Source of the DNA: Veleropilina oligotropha | Lineage: Eukaryota | Assembly: GCA_048128005.1 (NCBI GenBank) | Contig: JBEUKZ010000036.1 | Span: forward strand, 372,001 to 436,000 | Direction: 5' to 3' | Length of the DNA stretch: 64,000 nucleotides | Part shown: in pieces, positions 36,347 through 50,003 of the stretch | Position numbering within the stretch: position 1 is the first letter of the stretch | Layout of the letters: the number at the start of each line of letters is the position of its first letter | Notes under the pieces: generated by a model | Seen by the model: the letters and a program-made list of their open reading frames with translations, nothing else | The model's database searches: none | What the model was told of the DNA's origin: nothing | Translations under genes and position numbers: made by a program

Positions 36347-39300
36347 CTTGCGATACATGCCCACCACAGTCATCATACTTATATTGTATTGCGATACACA
36401 CATACCACAGTCATCATACTTATATTGTATTGTGATACACACATACCACAGTCATCATACTTATATTGTATTGCGATACACACATACCACAGTCATCATA
36501 CTTATATTGTATTGCGATACACACCTACCACAGTCATCATACTTATATTGTATTGCGATACACACCCACCACAGTCATCATACATATATTGTATTGCGAT
36601 ACACACCCACCACAGTCATCATACTTATATTGTATTGTGATACACACCCACCACAGTCATCATACTTATATTGTATTGCGATACACACCCACCACAGTCA
36701 TCATACTTATATTGTATTGCGATACACACATACCACAGTCATCATACTTATATTGTATTGCGATACACACCCACCACAGTCATCATACTTATATTGTATT
36801 GTGATACACACCCACCACAGTCATCATACTTATATTGTATTGTGATACACACCTACCACAGTCATCATACTTATATTGTATTGCGATACACACCTACCAC
36901 AGTCATCATACTTATATTGTATTGTGATACACACCCACCACAGTCATCATACTTATATTGTATTGCGATACACACCCACCACAGTCATCATACTTATATT
37001 GTATTGCGATACACACCCACCACAGTCATCATACTTATATTGTATTGTGATACACACCCACCACAGTCATCATACTTATATTGTATTGCGATACACACCC
37101 ACCAGTCATCATACTTATATTGTATTGCGATACACACCCACCACAGTCATCATACTTATATTGTATTGCGATACACACCTACCACAGTCATCATACTTAT
37201 ATTGTATTGCGATACACACCCACCACAGTCATCATACTTATATTGTATTGCGATACACACATACCACAGTCATCATACTTACATTGTATTGTGATACACA
37301 CCCACCACAGTCATCATACTTATATTGTATTGCGATACACACATACCACAGTCATCATACTTATATTGTATTGCGATACACACCTACCACAGTCATCATA
37401 CTTATATTGTATTGTGATACACACCTACCACAGTCATCATACTTACATTGTATTGTGATACACACCCACCACAGTCATCATACTTATATTGTATTGCGAT
37501 ACACACATACCACAGTCATCATACTTATATTGTATTGCGATACACACCTACCACAGTCATCATACTTATATTGTATTGCGATACACACCCACCACAGTCA
37601 TCATACTTATATTGTATTGTGATACACACCTACCACAGTCATCATACTTATATTGTATTGCGATACACACCCACCACAGTCATCATACTTATATTGTATT
37701 GCGATACACACCTACCACAGTCATCATACTTATATTGTATTGCGATACACACCCACCACAGTCATCATACTTATATTGTATTGCGATACACACCCACCAC
37801 AGTCATCATACTTATATTGTATTGCGATACACACCCACCACAGTCATCATACTTACATTGTATTGCGATACACACCTACCACAGTCATCATACTTATATT
37901 GTATTGCGATACACACCCACCACAGTCATCATACTTATATTGTATTGTGATACACACCCACCACAGTCATCATACTTATATTGTATTGTGATACACACAC
38001 ACCACAGTCATCATACATATATTGTATTGTGATACACACCCACCACAGTCATCATACTTATATTGTATTGTGATACACACCCACCACAGTCATCATACTT
38101 ATATTGTATTGCGATACACACATACCACAGTCATCATACTTATATTGTATTGTGATACACACCTACCACAGTCATCATACTTATATTGTATTGCGATACA
38201 CACCTACCACAGTCATCATACTTATATTGTATTGCGATACACACCTACCACAGTCATCATACTTATATTGTATTGCGATACACACCTACCACAGTCATCA
38301 TACTTATATTGTATTGTGATACACACCCACCACAGTCATCATACTTATATTGTATTGCGATACACACCCACCACAGTCATCATACTTATATTGTATTGTG
38401 ATACACACCCACCACAGTCATCATACTTATATTGTATTGCGATACACACATACCACAGTCATCATACTTATATTGTATTGTGATACACACCCACCACAGT
38501 CATCATACTTATATTGTATTGCGATACACACCCACCACAGTCATCATACTTATATTGTATTGCGATACACACCCACCAGTCATCATACTTATATTGTATT
38601 GCGATACACACCCACCACAGTCATCATACTTATATTGTATTGCGATACACACCCACCAGTCATCATACTTATATTGTATTGCGATACACACCCACCACAG
38701 TCATCATACTTATATTGTATTGTGATACACACCTACCACAGTCATCATACTTATATTGTATTGCGATACACACCCACCACAGTCATCATACTTATATTGT
38801 ATTGTGATACACACCCACCACAGTCATCATACTTATATTGTATTGCGATACACACATACCACAGTCATCATACTTATATTGTATTGCGATACACACCTAC
38901 CACAGTCATCATACATATATTGTATTGCGATACACACCTACCACAGTCATCATACTTATATTGTATTGTGATACACACCCACCACAGTCATCATACTTAT
39001 ATTGTATTGTGATACACACCCACCACAGTCATCATACTTATATTGTATTGTGATACACACCCACCACAGTCATCATACTTATATTGTATTGTGATACACA
39101 CCCACCACAGTCATCATACTTATATTGTATTGCGATACACACATACCACAGTCATCATACTTATATTGTATTGTGATACACACCTACCACAGTCATCATA
39201 CTTATATTGTATTGCGATACACACCCACCACAGTCATCATACTTATATTGTATTGCGATACACACCTACCACAGTCATCATACTTATATTGTATTGCGAT

Positions 39301-42014
39301 ACACACCTACCACAGTCATCATACTTATATTGTATTGTGATACACACCCACCACAGTCATCATACTTATATTGTATTGCGATACACACCCACCACAGTCA
39401 TCATACTTATATTGTATTGTGATACACACCCACCACAGTCATCATACTTATATTGTATTGCGATACACACATACCACAGTCATCATACTTATATTGTATT
39501 GTGATACACACCCACCACAGTCATCATACTTATATTGTATTGCGATACACACCCACCACAGTCATCATACTTATATTGTATTGCGATACACACCCACCAG
39601 TCATCATACTTATATTGTATTGCGATACACACCCACCAGTCATCATACTTATATTGTATTGCGATACACACCCACCAGTCATCATACTTATATTGTATTG
39701 CGATACACACCCACCACAGTCATCATACTTATATTGTATTGCGATACACACCCACCAGTCATCATACTTATATTGTATTGCGATACACATCCACCACAGT
39801 CATCATACTTATATTGTATTGCGATACACACATACCACAGTCATCATACTTATATTGTATTGCGATACACACCTACCACAGTCATCATACTTATATTGTA
39901 TTGTGATACACACCTACCACAGTCATCATACTTATATTGTATTGTGATACACACCCACCACAGTCATCATACTTATATTGTATTGCGATACACACCCACC
40001 ACAGTCATCATACTTATATTGTATTGCGATACACACCCACCACAGTCATCATACTTATATTGTATTGCGATACACACCCACCACAGTCATCATACTTATA
40101 TTGTATTGTGATACACACCCACCACAGTCATCATACTTATATTGTATTGCGATACACACATACCACAGTCATCATACTTATATTGTATTGTGATACACAC
40201 CCACCAGTCATCATACTTATATTGTATTGTGATACACACCTACCACAGTCATCATACTTATATTGTATTGTGATACACACCCACCACAGTCATCATACTT
40301 ATATTGTATTGTGATACACACCCACCACAGTCATCATACTTACATTGTATTGCGATACACACCCACCACAGTCATCATACTTATATTGTATTGCGATACA
40401 CATCCACCACAGTCATCATACTTATATTGTATTGCGATACACACATACCACAGTCATCATACTTATATTGTATTGCGATACACACCCACCACAGTCATCA
40501 TACTTATATTGTATTGCGATACACACATACCACAGTCATCATACTTATATTGTATTGCGATACACACATACCACAGTCATCATACTTATATTGTATTGCG
40601 ATACACACCTACCACAGTCATCATACTTATATTGTATTGTGATACACACCCACCACAGTCATCATACTTATATTGTATTGTGATACACACCCACCACAGT
40701 CATCATACTTATATTGTATTGTGATACACACCCACCAGTCATCATACTTATATTGTATTGCAATACACACCCACCACAGTCATCATACTTATATTGTATT
40801 GCGATACACACCCACCACAGTCATCATACTTATATTGTATTGTGATACACACCCACCACAGTCATCATACTTATATTGTATTGTGATACACACCCACCAC
40901 AGTCATCATACTTATATTGTATTGTGATACACACCCACCACAGTCATCATACTTATATTGTATTGTGATACACACCCACCACAGTCATCATACTTATATT
41001 GTATTGTGATACACACCCACCACAGTCATCATACTTATATTGTATTGCTATACACACAAACCACAGTCATCATACTTATATTGTATTGTGATACACACCC
41101 ACCACAGTCATCATACTTATATTGTATTGTGATACACACCCACCACAGTCATCATACTTATATTGTATTGTGATACACACCCACCACAGTCATCATACTT
41201 ATATTGTATTGCGATACACACATACCACAGTCATCATACTTATATTGTATTGCGATACACACCCACCACAGTCATCATACTTATATTGTATTGCGATACA
41301 CACCCACCACAGTCATCATACTTATATTGTATTGTGATACACACCCACCACAGTCATCATACTTATATTGTATTGCGATACACACATACCACAGTCATCA
41401 TACTTATATTGTATTGTGATACACACCTACCACAGTCATCATACTTATATTGTCTTGCGATACACACCTACCACAGTCATCATACTTATATTGTATTGTG
41501 ATACACACCCACCACAGTCATCATACTTATATTGTATTGTGATACACACCCACCACAGTCATCATACTTATATTGTATTGCGATACACACATACCACAGT
41601 CATCATACTTATATTGTATTGCGATACACACCCACCACAGTCATCATACTTATATTGTATTGTGATACACACCCACCAGTCATCATACTTATATTGTATT
41701 GTGATACACACCCACCAGTCATCATACTTATATTGTATTGTGATACACACCCACCAGTCATCATACTTATATTGTATTGTGATACACACCCACCAGTCAT
41801 CATACTTATATTGTATTGTGATACACACCCACCAGTCATCATACTTATATTGTATTGAGATACACACCCACCAGTCATCATACTTATATTGTATTGAGAT
41901 ACACACCCACCAGTCATCATACTTATATTGTATTGTGATACACACCCACCAGTCATCATACTTATATTGTATTGTGATACACACCCACCAGTCATCATAC
42001 TTATATTGTATTGA
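36347..42014. repeat. 41-bp minisatellite (ttgcgatacacacccaccacagtcatcatacttatattgta) with 39-bp variants
   Basis: Directly visible; about 5.7 kb, roughly 138 units. Confidence 0.99.
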
Positions 42015-42185
42015 GAAAAGCAGTGAAACGATTATCTATCATCTCCAACTTCTCAGACACTTAATATCAGAACCACAAAAATGTTACCATCTCAAACTGT
42101 TTCAGAAACTTAGCTTGACAATGATTTATCAGACTGAGTTTTCTTGTATAATAATAATATTATTCTGTACAATTGCTTTCCTTAC

Positions 42186-42262
42186 CTGAACTTGTATTTG
42201 AGGGGTGTTTCCGAGTCTTCGGGGGCTGGAAGGCCTCCACACCAAGAAACATAGGACTCCAC
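42186..42262 (-). CDS. AASS: AASS exon ([26 protein letters not shown])
   Basis: Conserved CGGLPAPE...PL.YKFS motif; cag and gtaag boundaries. Confidence 0.96.
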
Positions 42263-42337
42263 CTGATGAAATAAAAAATAAAAGTCTAACACAACACACA
42301 ACAAGGCGTGCAGCCATTTGATCAATATACTCTACTT

Positions 42338-42824
42338 TGATCACATCACAACTGATACAGTAGTGTGATCACATCACAACTGATACAGTAGTGTGATCAC
42401 ATCACAACTGATACAGTAGTGTGATCACATCACAACTGATACAGTAGTGTGATCACATCACAACTGATACAGTAGTGTGATCACATCACAACTGATACAG
42501 TAGTGTGATCACATCACAACTGATACAGTAGTGTGATCACATCACAACTGATACAGTAGTGTGATCACATCACAACTGATACAGTAGTGTGATCACATCA
42601 CAACTGATACAGTAGTGTGATCACATCACAACTGATACAGTAGTGTGATCACATCACAACTGATACAGTAGTGTGATCACATCACAACTGATACAGTAGT
42701 GTGATCACATCACAACTGATACAGTAGTGTGATCACATCACAACTGATACAGTAGTGTGATCACATCACAACTGATACAGTAGTGTGATCACATCACAAC
42801 TGATACAGTAGTGTGATCACATCA
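42338..42824. repeat. Perfect 28-bp tandem repeat (tgatcacatcacaactgatacagtagtg), about 17 copies
   Basis: Directly visible; no variants seen. Confidence 0.98.
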
Positions 42825-42959
42825 TTGTGGTTTCAACCTTATGCGACATAAAAATTAACTTCTTACTGAAAGGTTACAAAAGCAATCAGTGAAGATCCAC
42901 AAAATATGTTCCTGATGAACATTACTAGTGCACGTAGTTTAGAAGTAATGATATATCAC

Positions 42960-43068
42960 CTTGCCCCCAGCTTGCTTAACCTCATCGAAGCATTCCATCG
43001 CGAGCATGTGATCGATCCCAGGATCGACCCCAACCTCCATCATCATCGTCACGTCCGCATCGAAGGCG
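42960..43068 (-). CDS. AASS: AASS exon (AFDADVTMMMEVGVDPGIDHMLAMECFDEVKQAGGK)
   Basis: Conserved E.G.DPG.DHMLAM motif; AG/GT boundaries. Confidence 0.96.
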
Positions 43069-43366
43069 CTAAAAATTATAAAAACAACGTCTACAGATAA
43101 ATGAACGTGTACAATCTCAAAAAACACAAATAACAAGGAGACATAGTCTTCGGTGACTGATAAAGCAATCACCGCCTGAGGAGACTCGACTTGATGATGA
43201 AACATCATCGAAATGCAAAGGCTGCGATACAGAATTCATACATGTTAAATGTTTTTCCCTCTTTAATAATCAATGTTTGCATTATTGCCATGGAAGTATT
43301 TTATAGTAAGAGGACTTTTATTTGTACAGAATAGTCCTTAATTGCAGTCTTTGTAAAAATGAAGAT

Positions 43367-43552
43367 CAGGAGCCAGGCCTTCATCAGCATAGCCAATCAG
43401 GAGCCAGGCCTTCATCATCATAGCCAATCAGGAGCCAGGCCTTCATCAGCATAGCCAATCAGGAGCCAGGCCTTCATCATCATAGCCAATCAGGAGCCAG
43501 GCCTTCATCAGCATAGCCAATCAGGAGCCAGGCCTTCATCATCATAGCCAAT
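43367..43552. repeat. 31-bp tandem repeat, 6 copies, alternating catcagcat/catcatcat variants
   Basis: Directly visible. Confidence 0.95.
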
Positions 43553-43659
43553 AACAATAGCACACTTGCCGTATTTACAAGGCAGCCTCAATACAACATG
43601 TCTCGATATAGCGCGTAATCAGTTATAATGTTATCTGTGGGATTGAACCCGCTGCTTAC

Positions 43660-43770
43660 GCTTGGTGGAGCTCCTGCATGGTGGGCGTCAGATAGCTGGC
43701 AGTCACCATGTTCTTCCCGTGACGAATGCACATCTTCGCAATGTCGGGATGCATGGTGTACGGCAGTAGG
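43660..43770 (-). CDS. AASS: AASS exon (LLPYTMHPDIAKMCIRHGKNMVTASYLTPTMQELHQA)
   Basis: Conserved LLPY..H and NMVTASY motifs; ttcag and gtaag boundaries. Confidence 0.95.
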
Positions 43771-44029
43771 CTGAAAGATGTGAAGGAAAATTATGCAAAT
43801 CGTTCACTGAAAAAAGTGAGCCTCATATTTACTTAGAATCACATTAAAATAAATACCATATCAGACTTACCAGATCAATGATCACGTATCCTTGAAATAA
43901 GGGAATCGTAAAATCAAAACAAAATACCAAAAGACTGTCAGATCACAATAATGCCTGTGATATATTCTGCTGAAGTAATCATGAGCAAACCACTTGCAAA
44001 TGAGAAAGGCATCATTATACAGACAGAAG

Positions 44030-44295
44030 GACCGCTCCAACAGTCGTGTGGTTTTGGTTGCCGACTCTGAAAACCATTGGCTTGATTCCAATGACACGAA
44101 CAGTAGTGGGGTCGAATCTCGGTTGGGACACTATTTCTTCAGCTATGAATCAGAGTTTTCGGTAACTGGTCGGAGAGGGCGGATTTTCCATGGCGACCGA
44201 GCTTTCCTACCACAATAATATGGACATGTCCTGCTTTGAACCTGATGGTTGTTTATATACAGGACATTCAGCATCCATCCTTTCTTTTCCTTTTC
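44030..44295 (+). mobile_element. Diverged copy of the same SINE family
   Basis: Shares gaacagtagtggg, gagggcgg, ggacatgtcctgc.ttgaacct and tatacaggacatt blocks. Confidence 0.75.
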
Positions 44296-44825
44296 ATATA
44301 GACAGTCAAAGATGTGGTGAAGATTGGATAAAATTTGTTTGCAATGAGTGTATTATGTCCATTTTACATATTATATTCAAAGGGCATTGACTATAATGCA
44401 TGTCTAATCTTATTGGTTATCAAAATTGGTTGTAACATTTTGACACAAACATCATTACCAAGTTTCTAAATGCATGAAATTTGCATGTCTGCGTTATCTA
44501 TCGGACAATAACATGTATCAAATTAACATGTATCAAATTGCAAAACTCATTTGGAATAATTCTGATACTATAGCAGTATAGGTATATAAACTTTCAAAAT
44601 TAGGATTATGACATATAAACATTTAATGTTCTACAACCCACTTTCAAGAAATATGATCATACTAGTTGTGTATGAAACATAACAAGAAAACATAGTCATC
44701 ATCTGGTCTCGTTTATATATCACCCGACAACTTCGTTGTTGCAGGGAATGATAATAATTAAGAAAACTTGAAAGAAAGGTTGGAAAATGTACAAAAGTTG
44801 TACCAAAAGCGTGCTGCTTTAATAC

Positions 44826-44955
44826 CTCACAACAATGTCATGGTTTGGCACCAGCTGTTCCAAGTCTTCGGAATGGCGGCTTATGTCCATCATAACCGGC
44901 TCCACGTTATCGGATACTGCACTGGAGCGGTTCAACTCCTCCTGCAACGGGGAGA
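44826..44955 (-). CDS. AASS: AASS exon (VSPLQEELNRSSAVSDNVEPVMMDISRHSEDLEQLVPNHDIVVS)
   Basis: AG/GT boundaries, phase 1 to 2; resembles the AASS segment ending DLVISLLP. Confidence 0.88.
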
Positions 44956-45105
44956 CTGGAAAAGATCGGAAGAAGATATTAATGAAAAGATAAAATCATA
45001 CAGGTCTAGTAGATACACGTTAAATTGCTTGCAAAACAAGAAATTTTAATATAATAATAGTATATATTGAACTTTACATTTCTTTACCTATCGCCGAACA
45101 CTTAC

Positions 45106-45233
45106 CTACTGTCACGTGAACGTTTTGGTCACGACATAAATATTCAATGACGGGCGATGAGACATACCCAGCCCCTAATATCAGGACCTTTTTATGCGAT
45201 GCCTGGGCAGAGAGCTGAGCTTTATGTTGAGAC
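45106..45233 (-). CDS. AASS: AASS internal exon, start of saccharopine dehydrogenase domain (SQHKAQLSAQASHKKVLILGAGYVSSPVIEYLCRDQNVHVTV)
   Basis: Manual translation gives the Rossmann motif KVLILGAGYVS typical of AASS/saccharopine reductase. Flanked by tttcag and gtaag; 128 nt, phase matches the next exon. Confidence 0.93.
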
Positions 45234-46723
45234 CTGAAATCAGTAAGACAGGATAATTATTGAATTCTATAATTCTTAGGTCGATTTTCATCAATATTTC
45301 TGAGAGATGTTCCACTAAATATCTCCCTCACCCACCGACTCGAGAATATATCACTTCTATGGGAGGGCACAAAATATCACAATTACTGCTATTGTATATC
45401 AATGTTTAATTTAATAACTACTGTTGATGGTCCTTGAACCTGGAGTCGGTGGTAGATATTTTCCTGGAATAGCTCCGAGACGAATCTGTTCTAATAAACA
45501 ATATTATGAAACAATTTCAGGTTTTTGATTTTAGGCTCTAGCATTAAAACGTTGTAGCGACTTCTGGTTAACACAGTCGAGGGTCTGCATTACTAGTCTA
45601 TGATTGAGTTGTTTTTCATTTGAATTTGTTTCTAAAAGCACCTAACAACATCATACAGTACGAGATGATCAGTGGTGCCAAGGTCTCATTGCCTTTTAGT
45701 GATTGTAATAATATAGATACATAAAAAGGTATTAAGGCTGTGTTAAATTGATTCCATGTTTCTTGTCCCATGATGCTGGTAAACCAAAGAGGTAAAGCGG
45801 TCAACACAACACAACAGCCATTTTACAAACAACATTATGTTCTAGATTATTTTGACCACGAGCCTAAAGCGCCTCTGGCCCTATGGCTTTATAACCCAAT
45901 GCAACTTAAAATTCATGTAATAGTTGGTTAATAATGGTATTATGAGAAGAAAACATAACAATATACAGTGTATTTTTAAAAATCTTATAATATTCACAGA
46001 CCAGTAAACAGTCGAAAATACCAGAGATTAGAAGGAGATTTTGTATCGAATAAATTAGTGTTACATGTGTGTGAGTATGTATTAGAGAATACACTTAATT
46101 AAGTCTGTAAGATGCAATTTTAATGAAATTATTTGAGGGGCTATAAGATTGATTAGGCAGTGAACTTGATATACCATGACCCAATTATTTGAAAACAAAA
46201 TAATGATGATAGTAAAGAAACATTCAATAAAGAACAGTGTTAACAGTCATGTGAACAAGAACAGATCAAAAACTTCTGCATAATGTTTAAATGTCAGGAT
46301 AAGGTGTAATAGACATCCTTCAGGGAGCGATATTTATATCACATGAATTCTGTCTGGAAAGTTTGAGAAAAAATACTTAAAAAGAAAATCCAAAAATCCT
46401 TTTTTTTTTCAATTTTTTTTGCTTCAAATATTATGTGTTGAAATGCAGTTCGGGCGAAATCGGCACGTGTGAACCAAAGCGCACGCGGGACAAGAAACAA
46501 GGTATCAATTTAACACAGCCTAAACACATATCAGTGCCATATTAGATAGAGAATTGTTAATTTTTGCTGTACTGTAATGTTAATACATACATGTATTACT
46601 AAATTAGCAGATAATATAAAACAAGAAATAAGTCAACACAGCCTGCAGATCCCATTCGATGTTTCAACTCAGAACAATTGTGTCAACACCAGTTTTCATC
46701 AATGGAAGATGGGACAAAAGATA

Positions 46724-48432
46724 GAAAGCTTGACGTGTTTCTAGATTAGGTATGAAAGCTTGACATGTTTCTAGACTAGGTATGAAAGCTTGACGTGTTT
46801 CTAGACTAGGTATGAAAGCTTGACATGTTTCTAGACTAGGTATGAAAGCTTGACGTGTTTCTACACTAGGTATGCAAGCTTGACGTGTTTCTAGACTAGG
46901 TATGAAAGCTTGACATGTTTCTAGACTAGGTATGAAGCTTGACGTGTTTCTAGACTAGGTATGAAAGCTTGACGTGTTTCTAGACTAGGTATGAAAGCTT
47001 GATGTGCTTCTAGACTAGTTATGAAAGCTTGACGTGTTTCTAGACTAGGTATGAAAGCTTGACGTGTTTCTAGACTAGGTATGAAAGCTTGATGTGCTTC
47101 TAGACTATGTATGAAAGCTTGGCATGTTTCTAGACTAGGTATGAAAGCTTGACGTGTTTCTAGACTAGGTATGAAAGCTTGACGTGTTTCTAGACTAGGT
47201 ATGAAAGCTTGATGTGTTTCTAGACTAGGTATGAAAGCTTGACGTGTTTCTACACTAGGTATGCAAGCTTGACGTGTTTCTAGACTAGGTATGAAAGCTT
47301 GACATGTTTCTAGACTATGTATGAAAGCTTGGCGTGTTTCTAGACTAGGTATGAAGCTTGATGTGTTTCTAGACTAGGTATGAAAGCTTGACATGTTTCT
47401 AGACTATGTATGAAAGCTTGGCGTGTTTCTAGACTAGGTATGAAAGCTTGACGTGTTTCTACACTAGGTATGCAAGCTTGACGTGTTTCTAGACTAGGTA
47501 TGAAAGCTTGACATGTTTCTAGACTATGTATGAAAGCTTGACGTGTTTCTAGACTATGTATGAAAGCTTGACGTGCTTCTAGACTAGGTATGAAAGCTTG
47601 ATGTGTTTCTAGACTATGTATGAAAGCTTGGCATGTTTCTAGACTAGGTATGAAGCTTGATGTGTTTCTAGACTAGGTATGAAAGCTTGACATGTTTCTA
47701 GACTAGTTATGAAAGCTTGACGTGTTTCTAGACTAGGTATGAAAGCTTGACGTGTTTCTAGACTAGGTATGAAAGCTTGATGTGCTTCTAGACTATGTAT
47801 GAAAGCTTGGCGTGTTTCTAGACTAGGTATGAAGCTTGATGTGTTTCTAGACTAGGTATGAAAGCTTGACATGTTTCTAGACTAGTTATGAAAGCTTGAC
47901 GTGTTTCTAGACTATGTATGAAAGCTTGACGTGCTTCTAGACTAGTTATGAAAGCTTGACGTGTTTCTAGACTAGGTATGAAAGCTTGACATGTTTCTAG
48001 ACTATGTATGAAAGCTTGACATGTTTCTAGACTATGTATGAAAGCTTGACGTGTTTCTAGACTATGTATGAAAGCTTGACGTGTTTCTAGACTAGGTATG
48101 AAAGCTTGACATGTTTCTAGACTATGTATGAAAGCTTGACGTGCTTCTAGACTATGTATGAAAGCTTGACATGTTTCTAGACTAGGTATGAAAGCTTGAC
48201 GTGTTTCTAGACTATGTATGAAAGCTTGACGTGTTTCTAGACTAGGTATGAAAGCTTGACGTGTTTCTAGACTAGGTATGAAAGCTTGACGTGTTTCTAG
48301 ACTAGGTATGAAAGCTTGACGTGTTTCTAGACTAGGTATGAAGCTTGACGTGCTTCTAGACTAGGTATGAAAGCTTGATGTGTTTCTAGACTAGGTATGA
48401 AAGCTTGACGTGTTTCTAGACTAGGTATGAAA
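46724..48432. repeat. 30-bp minisatellite (gaaagcttgacgtgtttctagactaggtat), about 57 copies
   Basis: Directly visible. Confidence 0.98.
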
Positions 48433-49186
48433 TATTATTTGTGTCTGCATCTGATCTTCTATGATATATTATTTTATTCAATTTGATTAAAGAACAAGAG
48501 CTAAAGCTCGAAATGGATCACATGCGTGGGACTGCCATCAATCACTTATATTTCATGAGTATTGTGTCTACATTCAATAGTACATGACATAATGATTGTC
48601 AATTTGTATTATCTTGATTTCGCCGTTAATCCTCTGCTCTGATTGGCTGACGTCATTTTGTTAACTGACCGTATACACCGGCCAGGCGTTGTTTATGGAT
48701 TCTTAAACAACGGTGACGTCATAATCCTGTTCTGATTGGCTAACTGGCCGTCAAGGGAAATAACTCGGCCTTACTGACACCGGAGATAGCTAAATACAAA
48801 TGGCTGCTAACAAGTGTTATGCATGAAATTGGGACTCTGTTAATCAAGCATCACGGTAAGAAATCAAGGTAAAATGAAGATAAAATCATGATAAATATGT
48901 TGTCGAACAACATCTTGGTAAATACGTTGGATTGAATACCTCATAACGTTAAACCACTCGGCGCTAGCGCCTCGTGGTTTAACTTTATTCGGTATTCAAT
49001 CCACCGTATTCACTGCAACATCGTCCGACAACTTATAATATTTCAATATTTCTACTCTATGGTTAGATGACAATGAAATAGTGACAAAGGAAGATGCCAA
49101 AGTATGCCTATTGTTGCATATATAGCATGCTTGATAAACTTTAACGAAAATTCCAAAAGCAGCATTTTATGGTGAAATTTGAATTA

Positions 49187-50003
49187 AACTAGACTTATCA
49201 CAGAAGTGATCATATGCCCCCCCAAAAGCACTTGACCCAGGAACAGGCTGTCGCAGTGACCTACTTTTGGTACCCGACACACCTTTGGGATATGAAGCAT
49301 GCACACATCAAGTTTCGTGTCCCTCAGTCAAAAAGTATGTGAGATATGGAGCGGAAGGGAATTTTGGACCAAGTGCGAAAAGTAGGTCGCAGTGACCTAC
49401 TTTTGGTACGCGACGCACCTTTGGGTTATGATGCCTCCACACATCAAGTTTCACCTTTCGTGTTCCTCGGTCAAATAGTATGTGAGATATGGAACTGAAA
49501 GGAATTTTGGATCAAATGCAGTCAAGTGAGGAAAGTAGGTCACAGACCTACTTTTGTTACGCGACACACCTTTGGGTTATGACGCATCCACACATCAGGT
49601 TTCGTGTCCCTAGGTCAAATAGCATGGGAGATATGAAGTGGAAAGGAATTTGGATCAAATGCAGGTAAGTGCGAAAAGTAGGTCGTGGTGACATACTTTT
49701 AGTATGCGACACATCTTTGAGTCAAGATGCATGCACACATCAAGTTTCGTGTCCCTCGGTCAAAAATTATGGGAGATATGGAGCGGAAGAGAATTTTGGA
49801 CCAAGTACGAAAAGTAGGTCGCGGTGACCTACTTTCGGTACGCGACACACCTTTGGGTTATGATGCATCCACACCTCAAGTTTCGTGTCCCTAGATGAAA
49901 TATTATGGTAGATATGGAACGGAAGGGATCAGACCGACAGACAGACAAGCTGACTCCTATATGTCCCCCCCCCCCCGTAAACTTCATTTGTGGGGGCACA
50001 ATT
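49187..50003 (-). mobile_element. Helentron/DINE-1-like element with internal tandem repeats
   Basis: aactag plus hairpin atcacagaagtgat and tatgcccccc at one end; gaca microsatellite and cccc...gggggcac hairpin at the other; repeats containing aaagtaggtcgcagtgacctactttt. Confidence 0.72.

Noticed and set aside
36348..42189. Many Cys/His/Tyr-rich ORFs
   Set aside because: Translations of the 41-bp minisatellite.
42338..48432. CRISPR-like appearance of the 28-31-bp repeats
   Set aside because: Head-to-tail units without unique spacers, no cas genes, eukaryotic intron context.
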